Shown here: positions 26,385-35,600 of the stretch, piece by piece
How the letters are laid out: every line of letters starts with the position of its first letter
How positions within the stretch are numbered: the first letter of the stretch is position 1
Assembly (NCBI GenBank): GCA_003602635.1
Contig: QQSJ01000039.1
Coordinates: forward strand, 1 to 46,060
DNA from: Candidatus Poseidoniales archaeon
GTDB lineage: Archaea; Thermoplasmatota; Poseidoniia; Poseidoniales; Poseidoniaceae
Direction of reading: 5' to 3'
Length of the DNA: 46,060 nucleotides
Made by a program: the position numbers and the translations under genes
The notes under the pieces: model-generated
The model's input: only the letters and a program-made list of their open reading frames with translations
What the model was told of the DNA's origin: nothing
The model's database searches: none

Positions 26385-27437
26385 ATGGACGCCCGCATGC
26401 AACGCGCGGACCGTCCTTGCCGGGACGAGCAAGCCGTCAGCGAAGTGCTCGGCGTCATCATGCTTCTCGCCATGGTGATGACCATCATGGCCGGCGTCAT
26501 CGCCTTCCTGCAACCGTACCTCACGGACTTTGAGGACAACGTCAACTGGAAGAGCGCGAACGGCATTGCGGACCGGCTTGATGACCGGTTGGCCGTGGCA
26601 GGTGCTTCCCCCGAGGACGTGGGCGTACGGACGACCTTTGCGATTCAGTCCACAGAAATTCAGCCTCTGGACTTCATTGAAACCTGGAAGATCGAGGCTG
26701 ACCTGTCGCCCAATGACGCCATCGTGGTGGATCGCGTCGATGAATCGTCCTTCACGGTGAGCATGACCAACGGCACGGCGCGTTCCGCCAGCATCACCAC
26801 ACCGCTCGGGACGGAAACCCACGTCGTGGGCTTGGCGAACGCCACAGAACCCATTGAGCACGACGTCGGTTCCGAACATTGGTCGATCATCACGGTCTAC
26901 GATGCAGACGATCAAGCGATTCACCGCTCGGTGTCTTGGGTCCTGTCCGGCCTTGAGGTCAGCACAGAACTTGGCCAAGGCGACCACAGGATCGCCATGG
27001 TGAACCACGGGCGTGCTGAACGCTTTGGCGACGAGACATGGGACCTGCAACAGACCCCGTTGGTCCACCTTGACACGCTTGTCAACGGTGAAGTGCGGCT
27101 GACCATGGCGCTGAGGGACGTGACCACGACCGGCAGCATTGGGAGCGGACGCGTCCCGTTGGATTTCGTGTCCCTTGGCGGCCTGACCGTCTTTTCAGAA
27201 GAGGTCTGGAACCTGAGGTTCACCATGCGCAACGTCGTGGACCAGATCGTCACGCCCCAAATCCACGACGCGTGGCTGACCGACTACACGCTCAACCGTG
27301 CCGCAGGCACGCTTGACGAGCACGTGGGCATCAGTCCATGGCAGCGCGCCTCTGGAACCGACGGGTTCACGGTCCAAACGGCCGGCGCCCCCCTGCACTT
27401 CGAACTCGACGTGGCACGGATTGAGGTGAGGCGTTGA
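26385..27437 (+). CDS. Archaeal type IV pilin-like protein 1 (Pilin_N/DUF1628-type N-terminus), 350 aa
   Basis: Short charged leader MDARMQRADRPCRDEQ, then AVSEVLGVIMLLAMVMTIMAGVIAFL (compare canonical AVSPVIGVILMVAITVI). It starts 23 nt after the MBL stop, and its stop overlaps the next start (GTTGA). Confidence 0.65.
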   Translation: MDARMQRADRPCRDEQAVSEVLGVIMLLAMVMTIMAGVIAFLQPYLTDFEDNVNWKSANGIADRLDDRLAVAGASPEDVGVRTTFAIQSTEIQPLDFIETWKIEADLSPNDAIVVDRVDESSFTVSMTNGTARSASITTPLGTETHVVGLANATEPIEHDVGSEHWSIITVYDADDQAIHRSVSWVLSGLEVSTELGQGDHRIAMVNHGRAERFGDETWDLQQTPLVHLDTLVNGEVRLTMALRDVTTTGSIGSGRVPLDFVSLGGLTVFSEEVWNLRFTMRNVVDQIVTPQIHDAWLTDYTLNRAAGTLDEHVGISPWQRASGTDGFTVQTAGAPLHFELDVARIEVRR

Positions 27438-29608
27438 ACCTTCAACGTGAAGACGAGGCCGTGTCCTCGACCATCGCCACCGTGCTGCTGTTTGGAGGCG
27501 TGGTCAGCATCATTGGCATGATGATGGCGTCGATGATGCCCGTCATCATGGAGATGCAGGGCTCCATCGAGCGCAACGACATGGCCGCCCAGATGGGCCT
27601 CTTGGCCCAGCGTGCCGACGCCTTGGCAGAAACGGGCATGCCGGGGGACGCGGCCCACGTCGAAATCCGACCGATCGATGGACAACTTCGCTGGGACGAA
27701 ACCGCCAGTGGCATGTGGTATGCCGCCACATGGGCGGAATCTCACACCCTCCGTTCGCGCGGCCTGCTCGATTTCGACGCCGAATTTGACGTCCGTCATC
27801 AGGAATCGGAAACAACGGCGGTCTGCTTGGACGACCTGCGCCTGGGCGCGGATCGGCCCTTCCACTACACCACACCCGCTTGGGTGGAATCCATGATGAT
27901 CAGCGTCACACCCGGCGTGGCTGAAACGTTGGGACCTGTGAAGGTCAAACCCTCCAACGGTGGAGAAGACTTGGCGTTGCGCGCCGGCGATGTGGTCACG
28001 CTCGACCCTGCTCCGAGTGCCCTCAGTTCTGATGCGGCCCTGACGGTGGTCTACCTTCGCGGTGACGGAGGAGCCTTCCTCGCCTCACCAAGCGACGAAG
28101 ACCCAGTGGACGGAACCGGACGCGCTTGGACCGTCCCGTTGCCTGCTGGCCTTCATCGGATTCACCTGACCTCGGCCGACCGCGCCATGGTGGATTGGAA
28201 CCTTGGCGAAACACGTGACCGCGTCATCATGAACGCGACCTCGCAGGCCGAGGTGGCCTACGGCGTGAGCTTGGACCTCAACGTGTCCGCCCCTTCGCTT
28301 TTCCACGTGACCAGCAGTGCACCCGCCGACATGGTCGTCCACCTCGACCATGAGGAAGACCACGGGCGTGTGGCCCTCAACGCACACCGAGGACCAATGA
28401 TGGGGACCCGCTTCCTTCCACCTGACGCCCAAGGTCATCTGATTCTGACGAACCCCGGCTCAGAATCCGTCACCGTCACTTGGCGTGGAGACGGACGAAC
28501 CGTGGCTCCAGGAAGCCATGTGGACGTCGCATGGCCTCCGGCCGGAGCACAGGGCCCTGCATGGCTCACCGCCCAAGGGCGGCTTGGGGCGACGTGGGTT
28601 GCAGGCAACGGAACCGCCGACGGCGTGCGCCTGCTCCCCGCTGGCGACACGGGAGCAGCCTCCGGGCTCGTGTTTGACGTTCGTGACAGCGCCTTCACAA
28701 CCCACGAGGTGGTCTTGTCAGGGGTTCGAAGTGCCGTCGACGTGGACAACACAAGCATCCAACTGGACGCTGAGGGCAACACAAGTTTCGTTGTCGACAC
28801 CCTGCAGTACACGAGGATCAACGTCACAGGACACGGCGCACGGGTGACGGAAGTCGTTGGCGACCATGGCGCCACGACCGCGCTTCATGACGGCGAAGCA
28901 CGCTGCTTGGCCGTCGGCATCGAAGCCAGCGGCTGGGTCAGGCTTGACCTGCCATGGAGCCCAACCCTCGGGTTTGAACCTCAAGATCAAGCCACGGCAT
29001 GGCGCTCTGGCGTGCACCCCTCTGGCCTGGAGATGCGCGTTTACGGCGACGTGAACGGTGACGATCTTCATCCGATTGGAAGCGTGTACGCCGTCCACCT
29101 CTCTCGGCTGCAATACGCGTTTCAATCCTCCATCATCGGCATGGAAGTCGCCTATTCAGGTGGAGCGGTGATGACAAACCATCCTGAATTCGACCCGCTT
29201 GTGCTCAGATCTCCGACCGACCGAGGCGGCCCAGGGCCGCGCTTCGCGGCCACGATTCCTGCCTTGCATCCAAGCGTCAACAGCCCGGAAGGTTCCGGTG
29301 CGATGGACCTCACCCTCACGCTTCAATCGCGGGACGTGATGGCCTCCGCGCCGGCGCATGAAGTCCGGCGTGGATGGACCGGACCCTACGGTGGAGCCGT
29401 GGCGGAAACGGGTGCATATGCCCTCGAGGGAAGCGCAGATTGGACGGTCTATCCCGGGCGGCTCGACCTGCTTGACGACTACGTGGGATGGGTTCCTGAC
29501 CCGGCCTTGGGCACCTCCGAATCCGTGTGGCACACCGGCGGAGAGGTGGTCCAATTCTCACTGCAAATCGCCCTACTCGAAGTCAGCATGCGGGAGGTGA
29601 ACGTATGA
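27434..29608 (+). CDS. Large pilin-like protein 2 (class III signal-peptide-like N-terminus), 724 aa
   Basis: TTG start at 27434 overlaps the upstream TGA. Leader MNLQREDE, then AVSSTIATVLLFGGVVSIIGMMMASMMPVIM. The remainder is predicted extracellular and beta-rich. No family recognised beyond the N-terminus. Confidence 0.6.
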   Translation: MNLQREDEAVSSTIATVLLFGGVVSIIGMMMASMMPVIMEMQGSIERNDMAAQMGLLAQRADALAETGMPGDAAHVEIRPIDGQLRWDETASGMWYAATWAESHTLRSRGLLDFDAEFDVRHQESETTAVCLDDLRLGADRPFHYTTPAWVESMMISVTPGVAETLGPVKVKPSNGGEDLALRAGDVVTLDPAPSALSSDAALTVVYLRGDGGAFLASPSDEDPVDGTGRAWTVPLPAGLHRIHLTSADRAMVDWNLGETRDRVIMNATSQAEVAYGVSLDLNVSAPSLFHVTSSAPADMVVHLDHEEDHGRVALNAHRGPMMGTRFLPPDAQGHLILTNPGSESVTVTWRGDGRTVAPGSHVDVAWPPAGAQGPAWLTAQGRLGATWVAGNGTADGVRLLPAGDTGAASGLVFDVRDSAFTTHEVVLSGVRSAVDVDNTSIQLDAEGNTSFVVDTLQYTRINVTGHGARVTEVVGDHGATTALHDGEARCLAVGIEASGWVRLDLPWSPTLGFEPQDQATAWRSGVHPSGLEMRVYGDVNGDDLHPIGSVYAVHLSRLQYAFQSSIIGMEVAYSGGAVMTNHPEFDPLVLRSPTDRGGPGPRFAATIPALHPSVNSPEGSGAMDLTLTLQSRDVMASAPAHEVRRGWTGPYGGAVAETGAYALEGSADWTVYPGRLDLLDDYVGWVPDPALGTSESVWHTGGEVVQFSLQIALLEVSMREVNV

Positions 29609-30087
29609 GCCGTCTTCGCAAAAACGAGGAAGGTGCTGCCACAGAGCTGGGCTACGTCTTCACCTTCCTCTTGGGCGTCGTGCTCCTCAGCGTCTTCGGC
29701 GTGTGGGCGTACAGCATCGAAACGGCCACCCGTGAACGCTGGAACAACGCCGCGATTCAAGCGAACCTCGACGATGTGGCGGAAGCCGTGGAGCGCGCGG
29801 ACGACGCTGCCCGCCTTGATGCGGGCTTGCGGTACGTGGAGCGCGTCGATTGGCGTCCTTCGGAGGCCGATGAAACCACGATGACGCTCGTGCTTCAGCA
29901 GGACGTGTTGCGGTTGGACCACGGCGCCGGTGATTTGGACGCAGAGGTGCTGCTGTCAGGCCTCGGCCCGGCCGCGCACGAAGGAGAAGTGGTGTTGGCT
30001 GGCGTCGAAGCGGTGTGGGTCATCTACGACCAAGGCGTCACGCGAATCGCCCTTATTCCCCCGTTGGACACGCTCAGCGGTTCATGA
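29605..30087 (+). CDS. Small pilin-like protein 3 (160 aa)
   Basis: ATG at 29605 overlaps the upstream stop (ATGA). Leader MSRLRKNEEG, then AATELGYVFTFLLGVVLLSVFGVWAY (pilin/TadE-like G-A-x-x-E-hydrophobic pattern). The 26 upstream codons of the track ORF are rejected. Confidence 0.55.
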   Translation: MSRLRKNEEGAATELGYVFTFLLGVVLLSVFGVWAYSIETATRERWNNAAIQANLDDVAEAVERADDAARLDAGLRYVERVDWRPSEADETTMTLVLQQDVLRLDHGAGDLDAEVLLSGLGPAAHEGEVVLAGVEAVWVIYDQGVTRIALIPPLDTLSGS

Positions 30088-32602
30088 CCGCGGCATGGAC
30101 TTGGGCCTGCACGTCACGCATGCGAGATTTGGCGCCCAATTCACGGAACACCGTCAACGCACGCTGCAGGTATTCCATCCGACGTTGCTTGTCGGGTGTG
30201 ACCCCACCAAGTTTGGACAACAACTCGCCGATTTGCATTCGGAGGTCGTTGGCCTCGGCGATCACCAGGGCCTGGCGGTATTGCTCCGTGGCCTCTTCGA
30301 CTCGGCCTCCGTCTTCGTGGACTTCCCCAAGCAAGATGCTGATCTCGACGGTCGCCAGCACGTCGCCGCCCTGTGAGAGGGCTTCAACCGCGCTCGAATA
30401 GTGGTGGAGGGCCAATTCCGTGTCCTTCTCCTTCGCGTAATAGCGCCCCAAGACCGCTTGTGCACGTGCATGGAGCATGGCCTCATCGCCACCGTCTGTG
30501 CTTTCGAAGGCCGCGATGGCGTGGTCGCGCGCACGGTCGATCTCGCCCAGATCAAGGAACGCACGGGCGAGGCTGATGCGCGATCCGACCAAGGCCTTGG
30601 GCGTCCCGCTGGTGCTGAGGATGGTTTCGACCTGAGCGTAGGCCTCCAAAGCTCCCTTCTGGTCGTTCTTACGGCGCAAAAGGTAGCCCATGTTGTTGTA
30701 AGTCCGCGTGGCGCCTTGTTCGTCTTCAAGCGCAATGAAGCCCTCAAGGGCCTCCCTGTGAAGCGACAACGCCTCGTCTGGGCGACCCTGTTTCAGGGCA
30801 ACGTCCGCCAAGGTGGAACGCACTTCAGAGGCCGTACGTCGGTCGCCAGCATCCATGGCGCCTTCCAGCGCAGCGGCAAGGGCCTCGTGGGCTTCTTCCA
30901 ACCGACCCTGCAGGGCGAGCACCTCGCCTGACAATTGATGCAAACATGCGGCGTCGGACCGTTCAAGGTCCGCAAACGGGACACGTTCCAGCAAGGTCAG
31001 GACCTCCATGTGCCCCTTGCTGACCAAGCCTCGCCCTTCGTTGTTCAACAAATGGACGGCGTCCTCGAGCTCCTCGCATTCAATCAGGTGATGGATGTAT
31101 TCCACCAGTTGTTCAGCCGTGGCGTGATGGTCCGCGTACCAAGCGATGCATCGACGGTGAAGATCCTGACGTTGCTGCTGATCGAGGCTACGGAGAAGGA
31201 ACTCCCGAATGAGGTCGTGCACGTCGAACATGCTGCTGTCGGCTTGACGGGCCAATCCTTGGTCCACAAGCGAATCCAACACGTCCAAATCCAGGTCCTG
31301 TTGGCTGAGGGCATCGATGGAGACGGATTCCCGGAACACGGAGAGGGCCGCAAGCACGCGCTTTTCTTCGGCCGTCAACTTGGAGAAAATCTCGACGGAC
31401 ACGTAGGTTTCCAGCGACTCGTGGTATGCTCCTGCCGATGCACCTCGGTTGATGAGTTCCAAGACCAGCGGGTGACCGCGGGACAGGCCGTGAATGTGCA
31501 ACCATTGTTCGTCGGACAAATCCTCGAAACTGCTGAGCAGTTGCCGCGTGGCGTCCGGTTCCAATCCATCGAGGGGGAGCACGAAACTTGAGATTCGCCC
31601 CTCGGCGTCCTTGGCCGCGACCACGGGTTTGAACGAACGTGAAAACAAGACCAAGCCGACCAAATCCTCGGCCTCGATGAGGTTCAGAGCCATGGCCTGG
31701 ATGGTCTGGTGAAGGGTGGCGTCGGACACTTTGTGGTAGTCGTCCAAAATCAACAAGGAAGGCGTGCCCGAAAGGGCATCCACGATCAGCCGTGCGGCAT
31801 CCGACGGTTGAGCGACCGGGGTCGCAGCAAGGTAGTCTGCAAAGGACGCATCGCCCATGTTGGCGAGCCATTCTGCGATCGATTCCAAACACGCACGTGC
31901 GCTTTCCCAGTCCTGACAACGGTGGTAGAGCATGTTGCGGCGATGGGTGAAGCGTTCGACCAATTTCCCTGCCACAGTGGTCTTTCCAATGCCCGCAATG
32001 CCAGGAACGAGCAGGGTTGTCGCTCGGGCGTCAAGCAGGCTGACCACGTGGTCAAGTTCCCGTTCACGGCCGTAGAACTGGCGCACGCGAGGAAGATCGG
32101 CCAAGGATGTGACCAATTGCTTCTCCACGTGTTTCGAAAGATCACGGTCGACCAAATCTGGAGAGAGGCCTCGAACGTCCAGCACGCCGTTGTCGTCCAT
32201 GTAGCGGATCACGTCGACAGGGCGCATTGGGAACGGGAGGATCTCGTGCACCGAGCCAAGCTCACTCCGCTTGGACGAACCGTCCTCAAGCAGGCAATGC
32301 ACCGGATGCTCTCGCAAGCGGAGCCACGTCTCTTCCGCCGTGGTGATGCCACTGTCGGTCAGAAAGTACGCCTTTCGCTTGCGGGCAACGCCCGACACGT
32401 GGGCTTGACGTTCAACCAGAAGACCTGAGTCCTTCAACGATGCAATCGCCCTTGGAACGTTGGACCGCGCGATGGCCACTGCGTTCGCAATGCCCATCTG
32501 CGACAGAGCAAAGGGAACTTCCACGCTTGACTTGTAGTCCACGTAGTCCCTGAGGTGAAGCAGGATCCTCTCCTGCACACCGGGCTTCGGATTGCCGCTC
32601 AA
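30074..32602 (-). CDS. STAND-class ATPase with N-terminal winged-HTH and C-terminal TPR array (predicted signal-sensing transcription regulator)
   Basis: N-terminus ERILLHLRDY...GIANAVAIARSNVPRAIASLKDSGLLVE...KRKAYFLT (wHTH). FYGRERELDHVVSLL, then Walker A GIAGIGKTT (31976..32002, verified) and Walker B SLLILDDYH. The C-terminal ~320 aa are TPR-like (TRTYNNMGYLLRRKNDQKGALEAY..., AVLGRYYAKEKDTELALHHY...). The start is TTG at 32602 (9 nt after the upstream stop) or GTG at 32578; there is no nearby ATG. Confidence 0.8.
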   Translation of the reverse strand: MSGNPKPGVQERILLHLRDYVDYKSSVEVPFALSQMGIANAVAIARSNVPRAIASLKDSGLLVERQAHVSGVARKRKAYFLTDSGITTAEETWLRLREHPVHCLLEDGSSKRSELGSVHEILPFPMRPVDVIRYMDDNGVLDVRGLSPDLVDRDLSKHVEKQLVTSLADLPRVRQFYGRERELDHVVSLLDARATTLLVPGIAGIGKTTVAGKLVERFTHRRNMLYHRCQDWESARACLESIAEWLANMGDASFADYLAATPVAQPSDAARLIVDALSGTPSLLILDDYHKVSDATLHQTIQAMALNLIEAEDLVGLVLFSRSFKPVVAAKDAEGRISSFVLPLDGLEPDATRQLLSSFEDLSDEQWLHIHGLSRGHPLVLELINRGASAGAYHESLETYVSVEIFSKLTAEEKRVLAALSVFRESVSIDALSQQDLDLDVLDSLVDQGLARQADSSMFDVHDLIREFLLRSLDQQQRQDLHRRCIAWYADHHATAEQLVEYIHHLIECEELEDAVHLLNNEGRGLVSKGHMEVLTLLERVPFADLERSDAACLHQLSGEVLALQGRLEEAHEALAAALEGAMDAGDRRTASEVRSTLADVALKQGRPDEALSLHREALEGFIALEDEQGATRTYNNMGYLLRRKNDQKGALEAYAQVETILSTSGTPKALVGSRISLARAFLDLGEIDRARDHAIAAFESTDGGDEAMLHARAQAVLGRYYAKEKDTELALHHYSSAVEALSQGGDVLATVEISILLGEVHEDGGRVEEATEQYRQALVIAEANDLRMQIGELLSKLGGVTPDKQRRMEYLQRALTVFRELGAKSRMRDVQAQVHAAVMNR
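31976..32002 (-). other. Walker A / P-loop of the STAND ATPase
   Basis: The reverse complement reads GGC ATT GCG GGC ATT GGA AAG ACC ACT, which is GIAGIGKTT. Confidence 0.9.
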
Positions 32603-32611
32603 GATCCAACC

Positions 32612-35600
32612 TCACTCGGTGGGAGGGACGTAGTTGGGGTCGGGAACCCACTGGTTGGATTCTGCGTCCCACAACCAACCTGGATGTTGACCGTCGCCCG
32701 CTGCTGCCGGCGTGGCTGCTGCGTTCTGCTGGGCTGGGATGGCGGGTGCAGACTTCTTGGCCCAAGCATAGGGATCCTCCTCGACCTGGGCTTCTGCAGC
32801 CATGGCTTCCTCCTCAAAGTCCTCGTATTCGACGAAGAAGGTCAGGACCACACCGGCCAAGACCACCACGGCGAGCAAAGCGCCGACGATGATCCAAATC
32901 ATGGACACGCCACCTTCTGCCGCAGCCTTTGGTGTCAACTCATACATGTCGTTGCCCTGTTGCCCGTCCATCTCGAAGTACACGCTCGTCACGCTGTCGC
33001 TGTTCAGTTGGTTGATGGTCACGTCCATCGACCACGTACCGTCGGAAAGCACGCGCGTCGAGTTTAGGCGAAGACCACCTGCGTCACTGCGGACCGTCAC
33101 GGTGGAGCCCGGGAGGCCTGTTCCTGAGAAGGAAGCAGGGACGCCCGTGTCCAGGAAGGCTTCGTTGCTGTCCTTTTGGACGTCGAATTCAACGGCTCGG
33201 ACCAGGAAGTTGACGCGGAAAGAGTAGGCCACTGAGCCGTATTCGTCCTGCGCTTCGAACATCACTTGCTCCAACGACCACTCGCTGATCTCGGTGGTGG
33301 TTTGGGACATGCCGTCCATCGGGTTGTAGGTGGCAACGCCACGGGCGTTGATGGTGATGTAGGCAGGATAGTCGTCGTCTTCGAAGGTGGCCGGGTCATC
33401 GAACACGTCGTAGATGAGCAACGTCGAATCGACGTCTGCATCGCTGAAGAAGGCGGCAAGGTCGATGCTTTCACCGGCGCCGCAGCGGTCGATGCTGTTC
33501 GAGTACTTGTCACAGAAAATCGTCAGCGTTTGCGGCCAGTCGAGGCCGTTGAAGACGGGAGCGTTGTTCTCCTTGTCGACCGGGTTGTCAATGCGAACGC
33601 GCCGCGTCACTTCTTCGGAGTAATCCTCGCCGTCGTAGGCACGGGCGGTGATCTCGTATTGTTGGTCATGGATGTAATCCGAAGTGTCCCAAATCGCTTG
33701 CCAACCGCCGTTGTCGAGGAACTGGGTCACAATGATCTCTTCATCCGACATCAAAATGCCAGAAGCAAGGTCAAGGATTTGGACTTCGACACGCGTCACC
33801 TGACCGTCGTTGTCAAGGGCACCGCCCTGGAGGTAGGTGTTCTCGTCAGCACGGAGAATGCCACCGTCGATGACAAGGCTGCCACCGGCGTCGTAGGCGT
33901 CCACCGTCACGAACGGTGGCGTGTTGTCATTCTCAATGATCAGGGTCCGGCGTTCCACGTTGCAACCGTCTGGCCAGTCGATGCAGAAGTCGGAATCGGC
34001 CGCCCAGACCTCAAACGTGTATTCGCCGCTGGGCAAATCCTCGAAGTTCCACTGGTATTCCCAGGCCGTCTGTCCTTGGGTGTACAGGTGGGAGAAGTAG
34101 TCGTTGGGACCGGTGATGTTGAACCAAATCTGTTGGATGTCGGAACCTTGGACACCCACGTATGGGTCAGAGGCAGTTCCGGTGAACAGCACCTTGCCGT
34201 TGCGGTGCGTTGAACCATCAAGGGGCTCGTTCAAAATCAGGGTGGGAGCGACGAGGTTGAGCTTGTACTTCCGTGTCTCTTGCACGGAGTTGTCCAATCC
34301 ATCGAAGGAACGGACGCGGAACGTCACGTCGCTTTCGCCTTCAGGGTGACCCGAAAGGTCCCACTCAAAGGTCCAGGACTTGAACGGATGGTTGTCCTTG
34401 GTGATGACACCGTTTGCACCGGACGTGTCCGTCGCAGAGTACCACGACTGGCTGCCCGGCGGTTGAACTTCCACGCGCTTCACGATGCCGAATTGCTTCT
34501 CGTAGGCGATCTGGTCGAGTGCATACTCACCCGGGCTTCCACTTCCAGCGATGCCGTCCCACGCCGAGCCGGTCAACGTGACCGTCGTGGCGAAGGAGGA
34601 GCCATCGAGTTGATCGACGACGACGCTCGGGCGGAGGTTGTCGAGGTTGATGATGTCATCAACGCCGCCGGAGAGGGTGAACGAGAAGGTCTTCTCACCC
34701 TTGCCAAACTTGTAGGCTTCAACCGTGTAAAACGCCTGTTCACGGCCGTTTGTGCAGTCTTCGTCATCGGTGTCCACCTTGGTGTCGCCGTCGTTGTCGT
34801 AGCCGTCGGCGCAGGAGTTCTCGTCGATGGATTCCACGGTTGGCGTCCCGGGAACGTCAACGGCGGTGTCGCCGACCACGTGGTTCCAGTTGCGGTCAAT
34901 CAGGAAGTCGCTTGGGAGCGAGACAAAGTCAGTGAATCCGAATGGGTCGGTGTCCAATTCGTACAGCGGCAGACCAACGGAGTCACGGATGACGACGGTT
35001 GCATCGGCCACGTTCGAACCGGCCGCCTTGACTTGGTAGCGAACCAATTCGCCCTTGCGCACCTGCGTGCCCCACTCTGAGTTTTGATTTTGCACGAAAA
35101 TCTTCGACGTGTCGAAGTTCTGCAAGTCAGCGTAAGAGAACACGGTCGAGTTGGTCACCAGTTCGATCGCCAGAGGCATGTCACGCGGGGGCATCTCGGA
35201 GGACACGGGGAGTTGGAGGCATTCGTTGGTGACGTATGGGCACTCGGCACCCTCCCAAGCCAGCATCACAGGGTAGCCTGAGCTGACGTCGGGGATGAAC
35301 TCGGATTGAACGGTGATGCGCGACTCGGTCACGTTGTAGACTTGGGTGGCGTTGGTCCAGGTGTTGTCGGAGAAGTAACCGATGGACCCGTACTTGTTGC
35401 CGTAGTTGTCGTCAAATTGGGAGATGCGCACGGCGAAGTCGCCGGTTTCCATCGTGTTGCCTTGCACGTTGACGATGCCACCGTTGACGCGAATGGCGTC
35501 ACCTTGGTTGTTGCTCACCGTGTTGTCTTCGATGGTGGCGCTGGCCATGAACACGTGGATGGCGGGGCAGGGGAAATCACCACCATACATGTAGTTCGAG

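Noticed and set aside
25198-27068. Minus-strand ORFs of 382 aa (25198..26346) and 283 aa (26217..27068).
   Set aside because: They are antisense to the MBL hydrolase (HxHxDH motif in the plus frame) and to pilin-like gene 1. No motifs.
30074-32602. The STAND ATPase as an Avs-like antiviral sensor or defence system.
   Set aside because: The N-terminal module is a winged-HTH rather than a nuclease, protease, TIR or other effector domain. The neighbours are envelope genes, not defence genes. A regulatory role is more parsimonious, although an immune role is not excluded.
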